From Octopus vulgaris (lineage: Eukaryota): DNA of 64,000 nucleotides. The DNA is taken from NCBI GenBank assembly GCA_951406725.2, contig OX597826.1, forward strand, positions 25,358,001-25,422,000, read 5' to 3'. The notes under the pieces are model-generated. The model did no database searches and was not told the origin of the DNA. It was given only the letters and a program-made list of their open reading frames with translations. Made by a program: the position numbers and the translations under genes. Below are positions 26,768 through 38,912 of this stretch, in pieces (positions within the stretch are counted from its first letter, which is position 1; each line of letters starts with the position of its first letter).

Positions 26768-26789
26768 TAGTGTTGTTATTGTTAGCTCT

Positions 26790-27119
26790 GTACAACAATA
26801 AAAAGACCCCCTTCGGTCATGAATGACCATGGGATTGATCTAGAAAGTTCCCCTCCAAGGCACAAGTCTGGACAAGGCTGTTTATGGAAGACCAGCAGTC
26901 GCCCTTCCATACCAGCCTCCCCTCTCCACACCACCAATATTATCCAAGGGAAAAGCAAAGACCAATACAGCTTGGCACCTGTGATGTCGCAACTCATTTC
27001 TATAGCTGAGTTAACTGGAGCAACGTGAAATAAAGTGTCTTGCTCAAGAACACAACACACAGCCTCGCCCAGGAATCCGTGTGCCCGACACTCTAACCAC
27101 TGAGTCATGTGCCTTCACT
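26790..27119 (-). mobile_element. tRNA-derived SINE (family D type)
   Basis: The minus strand reads gaaggcacatgactcagtggttagagtg (box A) ... cttgagcaagacactttatttcac ... cccatggtcattcatgaccgaaggggg. Related heads occur at 27745-28003 (-), 35057-35332 (+) and 45895-46100 (-). Confidence 0.65.
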
Positions 27120-27287
27120 GTACATCAATACTGAATAATTTAATAATTTTACTGCCTAGGTACTAAAGCTCTTTCTAAACCCAGTTTATGTTAAAGAGTA
27201 AATAACTGGCACTCCATTGGTGACATGGTAATAGGCACTCCATTGGTAAAATGGACGAGGGCTTCAGTTGATGCATTCAGCAGAACG

Positions 27288-27745
27288 AAGGCGCCAAACT
27301 GGCAGAAACATTAGCATGCCGGGCGAAATGCTTAGCGGTATTTTGTCTGCCATTATATTCTGAGTTCAAATTTTGCCGAGGTCGACTTTGCCTTTCATCC
27401 TTTCGGAGTCGATAAATTAAGTACCAGTTACGCACTGGAGGTCGATGTAATCGACTTAATCTCTTTGTCTGTCTTTGTTTGTCCCCTCTATGTTTAGCCC
27501 CTTGTGGGGTAATAAAGCAATAAGAATCGTTAGCATGCTGGATGAAATGCTTAGCAGTAATTCACCCGTCGCTACGTTCAGAGTTCAGATTCCGCCAAGG
27601 TCAACTTTGCCTTTCATCCTTTCAGGGTTGATTAAAATAAGTACCAGTTACGCACTGATGGTCGATGTAATCGATTTAATCTCTTTGTCAATCTTTGTTT
27701 GTCCCCTCTATGTTTAGCTCCTTGTGGGTAATAAAGAAATAAGAA
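27288..27745 (+). mobile_element. Two tandem SINE family B-related copies with an alternative 3' end
   Basis: Family B head and core followed by gtttgtcccctctatgtttagccccttgtgggtaataaagaaataag. Confidence 0.7.
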
Positions 27746-28427
27746 CAGCCTGCTCGTGAAATTATTGTGTAAGTGGCTGAGTGCTCCACAAACATGCATA
27801 CCCTTAACATAGTTCTCAGGGAGATTCAGTGTAACAGAATGTGACAAGATTGGCCTTTTGAAATACAGGTAGCTCTCATTTTTGCCAGCTGAGTGGACTG
27901 AAATAACATTGAAATAAAGTGTCTTGCTGCAAGGAACTGAACTGATGACCAACCTCATAATCATGAGCTAATTACCCCAACCACTGAGCCATGCACCTTC
28001 ACCATTTAATAGTAAAGTGGGTACAAAAGTACTTGAAGTGGGTGATTGAAATTGTAATTAATATTACACCTTTGGTGATAGACTTTTTTTAACACAGGCA
28101 TGCAAAGAAAAAAATGACAATAACATCGGTGGTGATGATGGTGGTGATAGTGGCAATTGTGATGATATCTGATGAAGAGTGGCAGAACATAGAGTGGCAC
28201 AAGTAAATAAACTGGTGACTTTGACCTGCTTCTTAGTAAAAATAAAAGATTATATGTCAGCTATTCAGTACTAATAACTGGGTCAAGAGGATCAATGAAT
28301 GGAATGTGGGCATTTACAGTCACAGAGTTTCAGAGAGAGCACATCGCATCACTAGTTGATATTACAAACAGACACACACATTGAAATAAATATTGTTTCT
28401 TTTTACTAAGATATTTTGTACTTTTAA

Positions 28428-28648
28428 CCTTTTCGTTACTAACCCAGCTGAAACTAGCTCTGGCTCTGAGTACAAATGTCTTGTTTTCATAAGTTTTGAA
28501 TTAAAATCTTCCACTAAACCTCAGTCACAATTTATGGTCTTAACACAAGCTTAATGACAACTAAGTTATTTTACTAAATTCTTTGTTATATTTAAAATTA
28601 ATTGAAAGAAACACAGAGCATCTCAAAATAAATACAGTAATGAAAGGG
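28428..28648. mobile_element. piggyBac-like (TTAA) MITE, second copy
   Basis: TTAA flanks at 28424-28427 and 28649-28652. The internal sequence matches 21854-22073. Confidence 0.85.
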
Positions 28649-29550
28649 TTAAGTACAATATAAATGTGTATATCAAGCTTCTAGCATTAAAACTGGCTGT
28701 TTCTGGGCCAAATATTTTATTTGTTTTATGTTCAAAATGGCCAGATCTGGTCTCTCTCACTGACCCAACAATGTCATTAAAAAAAATAGTCACATTATTG
28801 AAATCCCAAAGCTATGATATAATGAATAATTAATTGAAAACAATGTGAATAAATAAGGAATTACATTTGACAGAGTAATCTGAATGCCAATGGATGAAAT
28901 TAAGTTAACAATGCAGGACACAAGTCATCACTCTGAGAGGTATTTTCAAAATACCAACATACCCACAATATTGATTTCAAATTTTGGCACAAGGCCAGCA
29001 ATTTCGGGGAGGGGGTAAATTGATTGCATCAACTCCAGTTACTCAACAGGTACTTTGACCTCGAAAGAATGAAAGGTATTGAAAGACCCCGAAAGAATGA
29101 AATTTGAACTTAAAACCATGAGCATGGATGAAATGCCACCAAGCATTTCACCCAGTGTGTTAACGGTTCTGCCAGCTTGCCAATAACAATATTAACTGCT
29201 TGTTATTGAAGTATTTATCAAGACTGGTGACTCCAAAAATTTTTTGCCATACGATATACATAGCTTAAGCCATAGTACATAGTGTTGTACTTTGTATGTT
29301 GTCGTTACAGAAATGAAATGCAAGAGAAGAAGCAGAATGACCAAAAATAAGTGAGCTACATGTATATTAAGAACATATCTCAAAGACTAAATCTAACAGA
29401 GCTTCTACGTAGTGTGTGATGCAGGTATTTTCCACCTACATCTTTCACATGAACCACCTTAAGAGGAAATAGAAATATGGAAGATAGATGTTGGTGGGTA
29501 TATTTCACAACTAGACTAAACAATTTTGCCATTGAGAACTAAATACCTTC

Positions 29551-29857
29551 TAGTAAAGATTGTTTGTCAACATAACATGGCAGTCCTGGTTTAGGACTAA
29601 TGTTGCTGTAATTTAGCCTCAGGAGACATCATCTCCAGCTGGCTATACAACACAATCTGTGTCCTTATATTTTCAAACAAGGGAATCTAGCACCCCAACT
29701 CAGCTCAAAACAATATCTGTGTATCGCGATTTCTGGGTTATTTCCCTTCATCAGCACAGAATAAATGCTCAGCTAGAGGTGTCTGCTGGGGCTAAATTAC
29801 AGCAACATTAGTCCTAAACCAGGACTGCCATGTTATGTTGGCAAACAATCTTTACTA
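29551..29857. repeat. Fold-back element with about 90-bp arms enclosing a hammerhead
   Basis: 29551-29641 is a near-perfect reverse complement of 29770-29857. Confidence 0.85.
29716..29760 (-). ncRNA. Type I hammerhead ribozyme motif (canonical core)
   Basis: The minus strand reads UCUGUG CUGAUGA A GGG AAAUAA CCC A GAAAU CGCG AUA CACAGA. Stem I is a perfect 6 bp and loop III is palindromic (CGCG). Confidence 0.72.
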
Positions 29858-30368
29858 CAAAGTACTATTGCTGAATATCTCACGTTGTGAGATTTAAAAA
29901 TAGTAATTTTCTAAAACCCTTCTTCCAAGAGACAAAGAGAGTAGAGGCCAGGGAAAAAAAAACAAAAAAAAAACATAAAAATGACAATGCTATTATTATT
30001 ATTATTATTGGTGGTGGTCAGTCACTCTAAATGATTTATTCATCCCAGTTGTGGCTAACAATAAGTTCATTAGTTCAAATGAGACTGGGAGAAAGAAAAA
30101 AAATTTCATTTGAGTGCAATCGATTTGTTAATACTGGAGGGTGGATTGAATATGGAAAAAACAATGATGATGATGATGATGTTAATCATGGCTAATACAT
30201 TAAAGTAATAAAACTATTGGCCTCTTGGCCTGGAGCTATGTTTATGAGTCACTCTGGTATGAGACAGATATGAAGAAACAAATAATAAATCAAATTTATG
30301 TTCCATAAATTGGTATAAGCATATAATGTGTGTGCCCGCATGTACATATACATATGTGTGTATGTGTA

Positions 30369-31977
30369 TCATCATCATCATCATCATCATCGTTTAACGT
30401 CCGTTCTCCATGCTAGCATGGGTTGGACGGTTCGACCGGGGATCTGGGAAGCCAGAAGGCTGCACCAGGCTCCAGTCTTATCTGGCAATGTTTCTACAGC
30501 TGGATGCCCTTCCTAACGTCAACCACTCCGTGAGTGTAGTGGGTGCTTTTTACGTGCCACCTGCACAGGTGCCAGGCGAGGCTGGCAACGGCCACGGTCG
30601 GATTGGTGTATTTTACGTGCCACCGGCACGGAAGCCAGTCAAGGCGGCGCTGGCATCGGCCACGAGTCGGATAGTGCTTTTTATGTACCACCAAACCAGG
30701 GATCCTGGCTGGTTCAATTCGATTTCGATTTCGCTTTCGCTGGCCCCAACATGTCTTCGCAAGCAAAGGGGGTTGGCATGGGTGCCTGTCGTCGGATGAG
30801 GTTCTACATCGACTTCGCTTGCCTCAACAGGTCTTTGTGTCCAAGGGAGGAAAGGCATTCATAAGTGGGCTGGGCTCACTTGTCCTGCCTGGTCTTCTCA
30901 CGTACAGCATATTTCCAAAGGTCTCGGTCGCTGGTCATTTCCTCAGTGAGGCCTAAAGTTCGAAGGTCGTGCTTCACCACCTCGTCCCAGGTTTTCCTGG
31001 GTCTACCTCTTCCACGGGTTCCCTCAACTGCTAGGGATTGGCACTTTCTCACACACCTATCTTCATCCATTCTCGCCACATGACCATACCAGCGCAATCG
31101 TCTCTCTTGCACACCACAACTGATGCTTCTTAGGTACAACATTTCTCTCAAGGTACTAACGTTCTGTCGAGTATGTACACTGACATTACACATCCATCGG
31201 AGCATACTGGCTTCATTCCTCATGAGCTTACGCAGGTCCTCAGCAGTCACGGCCCATGTTTCACTGCCATGTAGCATGGCTGTTCGTACACATGCATCAT
31301 ACAGTCTGCCTTTTACTCTGAGCGAGAGGCCTTTAGTCACCAGCAGAGGTAAGAGCTCCCTAAACTTTGCCCAGGCTATTCTTATTCTAGCAGTTACACT
31401 TTCAGCGCACCCACCCCCACTACTGACTTGGTCACCTAGATAACGGAAGCTATCAACTACTTCTAGTTTTTCCCCCTGGAAAGTGACGGAAGTTGTTTTC
31501 TGCAGATTTTCGGAGGTTAATGCTAACGAGCATCTGCCACATACAAAGACTATCTTCCCAGTCAGCCTACCTTTGACATTGCTGCACCTTTTATGTGTCC
31601 ATAGCTTACACTGGGTACATCTTATAGAGTTTCTACCTACACCTTTTCTACAGATTGAGCAGGGCCATCTTCCTGAAGACATTTGTGGATTGTCTACCTT
31701 CCTACTTATTAGTACTTTGGTTTTAGCTAGGTTGACTCTAAGGCCCCTCGATTCTAAACCCTCCTTCCACACCTGGAACTTCTCCTCCAGTTCTGATAGT
31801 GACTCAGCAATTGGAGCAAGGTCGTCAGCGTAGAGGAGCTCCCAGGGGCAACCTGTCTTGAATTCCTCCGTAATTGCCTGGAGGACTATGATAAATAGGA
31901 GGGGGCTGAGTACTGAAACCTGGTGGACCCCACCTCTACTTTGAATTCTTCTGTGTACATGTTGCCAACCCTAACCT
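30369..31977 (-). mobile_element. RTE-clade LINE, 5'-truncated second copy
   Basis: Contains SVLSPLLF, LLYADD, the PHD-like Cys/His cluster, FRYLG, WYGHV and RGRPRKTW, then a 3' UTR and (ATG)n tail. Confidence 0.92.
30876..31915 (-). pseudogene. C-terminal part of RTE reverse transcriptase ORF
   Basis: The 298-aa ORF 30876-31772 extends upstream through YADD and is highly similar to 6434-7423. Confidence 0.88.
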
Positions 31978-32647
31978 ATATACATATGTATGTATGTACA
32001 TGGACAGACGAATGAATGTCTGTCCGTCCATCTATCTATCTATATAACTCTTTAACTAGTTTCAGCTTGAGAGCTGTGGCCATGCTGTAGCACCACTGTT
32101 AAATTTGCTACGTTTTCACTACTTGAATTCTCCTCTTAGATATGTGATTTCAATCTGCTATGGGTCCCTCAGTGACAGATGTCCAGCATGTATAATACAT
32201 ATAAAAATTAAAATAAATAAATATTCAATGCAGATGGAAATATGAAATACACACAAACACACTGACATAGTCCTTTTACAGGTGAATACAGCATTACTCA
32301 GAATTTCACAAATGTTTAATATACATATATAGATGCAGGAGTGTGGCTGTGTAGTAAGTAGCTTGCTTACCAACCACATGGTTCGAGGTTCAGTCCCACT
32401 GCGTGGCACCTTGGGCAAGTGTCTTCTACTTGGTAGACAGAAACTAAAAGAAGCCCATCAAAATATATGTATATAAGTGTGCGTGTTTGTGTTTGTCCCC
32501 CCCCCCCAACATCGCTTGACAAACGATGTTGGTGTGTTTATGTCCCCCGTAACTTAGTGGTTCGGCAAAAGAGACTGATAGAATAAGTACTAGGCTTACA
32601 AAAAATAAGACCTGGGGTCAATGGCCGCAGTCAACTGACTGAAAAGA

Positions 32648-32694
<47 letters not shown>

Positions 32695-32700
<6 letters not shown>

Positions 32701-33410
32701 GCGACTCCAGGTCACCATCATCACTCGGGCTCATCACAGATTTTGCATAAGACACTTGCCTGCTCAAAGAATTTAAAGTTTTTCTGCTTTATTTCTAGTC
32801 CTAGATGGTTTATTTTTTATATCTAACACTATGTCTTTCTGCATTTCTAAGTTATGGGTTAAAATAAAGCAACCCTGCAAAACACAACTGATCTTTGCAC
32901 ACAGATGCACAGAATAACACCAATCAATTGATGTTAGCAGAGTGCACCTGTACTCTTGACAAGAGATACTAGTTTGTCTTTTACCCCTACCAGGCTTGTT
33001 CATATTAGCCCGAGTTGCTGGGTAATTTTTCGTTCCTTTAAGAATATTGTAGAACAGAAGCTTTTCATAGATTGGAATTTAAATCCTAATCTCTATAGAA
33101 ATTTATTATTTTAAGAAAACATTGAATTTGAATTACTTTTAATTTTTTAGATAACAACTCAGGTTGTAACTCGTGAGTCCGAGTCAAGTGAGGGTGAATG
33201 ATGTTGAGAGAGTGTCTGCTACGAATGGTTCTGAATGAAAGTAAATGAACTGCAACCAGGCTCAATAAAAGGAGCCCGAGTTATTGGCTTCAATTACATA
33301 CTTGAAGTCAGTGTTGGCAGAAATGAAATCAGCTTGCAAATACACGTTCGCTTTACTAAATTTCTACTCGGGCTAAGACCAAACAGCCCAAGTGTCAGAG
33401 TCACCACTGA
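32695..33410. mobile_element. Possible decayed non-autonomous DNA transposon with subterminal (C)CCGAG repeats
   Basis: ctcgggct / agcccgag recurs near 32725, 33008, 33273 and 33367. The ends ggcgactc ... gagtcacc are weakly inverted. Confidence 0.3.
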
Positions 33411-33459
33411 TCTATATATATATATATATATACATACATACATGTGATGGCCGGTTTAA

Positions 33460-33669
33460 CCCTTTAGCATTCAGATCGTTCTGTCAAAGGTATCACATGC
33501 TTATTCCCGTACATCATGGATTATATCATAATTTCGAAACTTTGATAATGTGATTGTTTATTTTAAAAATGACATTGTAAGGTAGGTGTGAGAGGCTGGA
33601 TATGGCCAGTTTGAACATAGAGAAGGTAGAACATTTGGGCAGGATGTGGCTGTTTTAAATGCTGAAGTG
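33460..33669. mobile_element. Second TTAA-type MITE family
   Basis: ttaaccctttagcatt ... aatgctgaagtgttaa. A diverged inverted relative lies at about 28678-28900. Confidence 0.55.
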
Positions 33670-33714
33670 TTAATATAGAATACAGAACCATGAAAGAGCA
33701 AGTTATTTTAGTTA

Positions 33715-34100
33715 TTTTGATATGCTACAGCAAGACTAGATCTATACTTTAATCATCAAAGCAAAGTGGCAGTCTACTGCAGGCCTACATCAGTATTTTA
33801 ATTATATTAGTATTGTACAGCAAGCTGAAATCTATATTTTTATCATTGATGTATTTTAATATTGTATGGAAAGCCTAGATCTATATTTAAATTATTGCAA
33901 TATTTTAATATTCTCCAGCAAGCCTACATCAACATTTTAATCATTTCAGTATTGTACAACCAACTGAAATCTATATTTTTATCATTCAAGTATTTTAATA
34001 TTCTCAACCATGAGCCTAGAACTATATTTTCAGCAAGTATTGCACAGCAAGCAGCCAAGATCTATATTTTAAACTTGTATTTTTAATATGCTACAGCAGG
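33715..34100. repeat. Degenerate minisatellite
   Basis: Recurring cagcaagc(c)tagatctatatttt / gtattttaatatt units. Confidence 0.6.
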
Positions 34101-35430
34101 CCTTGATTGAGGTTTTCAATGTAAAATATGATTTCAAACAGAGGAAGAGGGTCACAAATTTGAGAAAGAGAGAAAGCAAAGACAGTGCAACAGACCTGGT
34201 GTTGAGGAAGATGAAAACAAGAAGTGATTCTGTTGAGATTTGAACCCAGAACAAAAAGCAATGAATCTAAATACTGCAAGCTATTTACTTTAATGCTTTA
34301 TCAATTCTGCCATTCCACAATCCTAATTACAAAACCGTGTCCCTGGAGAAAGGATGAAATATTTAGGAGGTTTGCATATAAGCACAGGCTGTGAGGTAAA
34401 AAGTATGCTTTCCAGCCACATGGTTCCAAATCCAGTCCCATAGTATGGTACCTTGGGCAAGTGTTTTCTACTATAGCCTTGCACTGACCAAAGCCTTGTG
34501 AGTGGACTTGGTAAATAGAAACTGAAAGAAGCCCACATTATACATGTGTGTGTGTCTTTGTGTCCATATTTACACCCCCCCCCACTGCCTGACAACCGAT
34601 GTTGGTGTGTTTATGTCCACATAACTTGGCAGTTTGGCAAAAAGGACCGATAAAATAAGAACCAGACTTAAAAAAGCATTGGGATCGATTTGTTTGACTA
34701 AAATCGCTCAAAGCAGTGCCCCAGCATGGTCACAGTTTCAGGAGTGAAACAAGCAAACGATAAGAGATTAAAGAAAGACAATTCAAAACCGACAAAGTCT
34801 GGCAGAGGCAGACCTTACCTCAGGGAAACATATGAGATGGAACAACAACAAAAGGTGAAAGGAAGCTGCAAAGGGAAAAGCAGAACACCAAATGGAGACA
34901 TGCAGAAGAAACATCCCAGATTTGAGGACAGTGGAGAATAGTCATCAATGGTATGCGCTCAGCAGGGAGTGAAGGGCTTCATTTAATCATGGCCATGAGC
35001 ACAAGGATGGTTTGCTACTTAACCACATGATCCCTAATCCCTATGGTCCTAATGTAAAGGCACGTGGTTTAATGCTTAGGTTATTTGGCTTACAATCGTA
35101 TGGTCGTGAGTTCAATTCCCAGAGACATGTGTCCTTGAGCGAAACACTTTATTCCACTTGGCTGGCAAAAATGTATTTCATAGAGCCAGCCTTCTCCCTG
35201 AGAACTATGTTCATTAAGGGTATCAATGTCTGTGGAGTACTCAGCCACTTGCATGTTAATTTCACGAGCAGGCTGTTCCATTGATTAGATCGATTGGAAC
35301 TCTCTTCATAGCTGTAACCATTGGAGTGCCAGTATAAGCAAAAGTTTGATCAATGAGACTGAATTAGTAGATAGAAACTGTAAGAATCCTAATCTGTGTG
35401 TGTGTGTGTGTGTGCGTGTGTGTGCGTGTG

Positions 35431-35472
<42 letters not shown>

Positions 35473-36313
35473 CGTGTGAGTGTGTTAGTGCATGCATATG
35501 TGAGTGTATGTGTGTTTGTGAGCATGTTCTCATTTTCCTCTTTGCTTCATGTTTTGTGCACTGACTGTAAACAAAGTCAACAGTGTTATTGCTTACAATC
35601 TTCTGTGAAAACATGTCTGGCCATGAAGCTGTTTATTGTTCCCAAGAAGATGGCAGCTAATAGCTTGCTTGGAAACAGATGGGGTTTGGTGACAGGAAGA
35701 GCATCCAGATGTAGAATAGATCTGCTTCAACAATACAACCAAGGAAATATGGATGAAATGATGAAAATCAGGATGTTGATGGTGGTGATGATGATGATGA
35801 TAATGGTGATGAAGATAATGATGATGACGAGAAGGATGATAATGTCAATGACACTGAAGACCATGATGATCAAGTGGTGATGATGATGGAGACGATGATG
35901 ATGATGATGATGATGGAGATGATGAAAATGATGTAGATGATGGAGATGATAAAATTGAGGCAGATCAAATAAACAATATAACCACTTTATTTATTAATTT
36001 ATTTATTTTTGAATAAAGCTATTTTAAACAGACTCTGTTTGAGAAGTTTGTCATCATCATTCCCAAATAAGTGAACTGTTGTGAACGAAACAAACGAAAA
36101 GGAGGAGAATTAAACCATAAAAAATTTATTTGACTGTAAAATCTCCCTCAATAGAAATCAGATTGTCTGGAATAGTTCTAGAATTGAGAAACAGAGAAGG
36201 AAATAAGCTCTTTTCATAATTGTTTCATTGAAACTAAATTGAATACAAAACATCTGGCAAATACTCTGGATAATATTTAATTTAAGAGCGATGCTAAAAA
36301 TCCAGTACACATA

Positions 36314-37583
36314 CGAGGGGCGTTCAATAAGTAATGCCCCTGACCCACTTGCAGTTGTTTGATCTAGCTGAAATTTTGCATGTGCACTTATTTATACCTC
36401 TATAGATTAAGTGGCGAATTACAGCTCTGAACTTATTGTGGTTTTTGATTTACAGGTGTTTGAACTGAGTCAAGTGTGAAATGGAGCCTGTTGAGTGTCG
36501 AGCAGTGATCTGGTTTTTGTATTTGAAAGGACGCACACCACGGGAGACTTTTGATGAAATGAAAGTAACTTATGGTGATGATGCCCCATCATATGACCTT
36601 GAAAAACGCTGGCATTATGAATTCAAACATAGTCGGAACTCTGTGGAAACAGCTCCCAGATCTGGTCGCCCCCTTTTGCCGTTGATGAGACGTCTGTCCG
36701 TCAAGTTGAGGCTGCCATTTTGGAAGGTCAACGCATAACTATTCGCCAAATAGCCCATAAGGTCAAGATTAGTACCGGGTCTGTGGAAACTATCGTTCAT
36801 GACCATTTGCATATGCAAAAGGTGTCTACCAGATGGATTTCCAGGTTGCTCACACCTTTCCAGAAGCAAGAACGCGTTGAGTGCTCGAGGATGAATTTGG
36901 AGATGTGCCAAGAAGATGAGTCAAAATTTTTCAAAAGACTGATCACACAGGATAAAACCTGGGTCCATCACTATGATCCATAGACCAAAGCCCAGTCAAT
37001 GCAGTAAAAGCACCGTGACTCACCTCCTCCAAAGAAGGCAAGGGTGCAGCCCTCCGCTGACAAGGTTATGCTCACAGTCTTCTGGGACCAGGACGGAGTA
37101 GTGATGACAGATTTCCTGGCAAAGGGTACCACAATTACAGGAGCCTATTATGCTTCACTTTTGAGGAAATTAAGAAAAGCTATCAAAATCAAGAGGCGGG
37201 GCAAGATCAGCAAAGGCATCCTCCTCCTGCAGGACAACGCTCCGGTCCACAACTCGCGTGTCGCCAGATCAGAAGCACAGGCGTGCAGCTATGAATTCCT
37301 CCCCTTGCACCCTCTGATTTTCACCTCTTCCCAGCCATGAAGTTGATTTTGAAAGGAAAGCGTTTCCCAGATGAGGCAGCCTTGATTTCTGAAGTCACGT
37401 CGTGGTTGGAGGACCAAGCTGGGGTCTTCTACAAAAACGGTCTCCAGAGCTGTATCAAACGATGGGAGAAATGCATAACTCTGGGTAGTTCCTATGTAGG
37501 AAAAGACTAATAACTGTGCCAAGTGTCGTTGCTCTACTGCTATGGGAAGTGGGTCAGGGGCATTACTTATTGAACGCCCCTCG
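36314..37583 (+). mobile_element. Full-length mariner transposon (1270 bp)
   Basis: Perfect 37-bp TIRs cgaggggcgttcaataagtaatgcccctgacccactt at 36314-36350 and 37547-37583, with TA on both sides. Confidence 0.95.
36481..37510 (+). pseudogene. mariner (DD34D) transposase pseudogene
   Basis: HTH region ..PRSGRP, WISRLLT, ITQDKTWVHHYDP, KVMLTVFWD, LLQDNAPVH and LAPSDFHLFP. Frameshifts and stops are present and the YSPD motif is deleted. Confidence 0.92.
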
Positions 37584-37638
37584 TATGTACACGTGTTTGC
37601 ATGTGTATATATATATACATACACACACACACACACAC

Positions 37639-37675
<37 letters not shown>

Positions 37676-38060
37676 CTAGCAGTATCGCCTGGCATTGTTC
37701 GGGTTTGTTTCAACTCTTTAGAATTGGAATTTTTGAAAAGTAAAAATTTTGCATTATGTAGCTTGTTATTCTCTTTAAGTGTACATTTTTCTGGTTGAAA
37801 TACACCGAAAAATGGCGACACAGCAGTAAAAAAAATCGTAAAAAATAGGCATTTTCATAGAAAAATACCACCTTTTTGATGTAAATAATTTTTGGTGTTA
37901 ATATGGTCTGATTTCTTCTACGGAAGGAAGAGCAAGCCTTCTTCTATCATACTTTCAATTTTGGTCAACTTGCACCGCAGGGTCTCAGAGAAGATAGTGT
38001 TAGTTGAAGACTACCAAACCTGCCACACACAGACAACTTCAGCTTTTTATATATATATAT
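37676..38060 (-). mobile_element. Non-autonomous Helitron-like element
   Basis: The minus-strand 3' end has an imperfect GC hairpin (cccgaacaatgccagg) about 10 nt before a terminal CTAG followed by T. The 5' end reads tatatataaaaagctgaagttgtctgtgtg. Confidence 0.55.
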
Positions 38061-38069
38061 GTATACACT

Positions 38070-38116
<47 letters not shown>

Positions 38117-38424
38117 TGGTTTGGGAAAACAGACAGGATAAGTAGAACTCGATACATCATCATCATTATCCTCATTGTTTTAACGTCCACTTTTCCATGC
38201 TTACATGAATCAAATAAAATTTTGTTGAGACAGATTTTCTACAGCTGGATGTTCTTCCTGTAGCCAACCATAGCCTGTTTCCAAGCAAGAAAATATTTCC
38301 CTGTGGCTACACATGTTTTTGCAGAAAATTAGAAACAATGGACACTGCTTGTATGACAGTGATGCTCATTTACAACTATCATGCAAGGAGAGGACATATA
38401 TACATCATCATTTAATGTTAATTA

Positions 38425-38912
38425 TCCAGTCAGTCAGTCCATCCGTCCTCCATCCATCTATTTATCTATCTTTCTATATGTCTGTTGGTGTGTGTATCTA
38501 TCAATCAATCTGTCTATCTATTTGTCTATCTCTCTATTCATCTATCTGTCTGTTGGTGTGTATGTATCAATCTATCTATCTATTCATCATCTCTGTCTGT
38601 TGGCATGTGTATCTATTAATCTATCTATCTATTTGTCTGTCTACAAGTGTATATCTATCTATCCATTTGTCTGTCTGTCAGTGTGTGTATCTGTCTGTCT
38701 ATCTATCTATCTGTCTATCTATCCATCTATCTGTCTGTTGGCATGTGTATCTATCAATCTATCTATCTATCTATTTGTCTGTCTGTCGGTGTGTGTATCT
38801 ATTTGTCTGTTAGTCGGTGGGTATCTATCTGTCTATCTATATATCTATCTATCCATTTGTCTGTCTGTCAGTGTGTGCATCTGTCTATCTATCTATTTAT
38901 TTGTCTGTTTGT
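38425..38912. repeat. Compound (CTAT/CTGT/GT)n tandem repeat with higher-order units
   Basis: Visible directly. A similar tract lies at 41030-41330. Confidence 0.8.

Noticed and set aside
34790-34985. 71-aa ORF as a host exon
   Set aside because: It starts in a SINE tail, and the remainder looks more like a decayed RTE C-terminus (GQWRIVING...GSEG). Too degraded to call.
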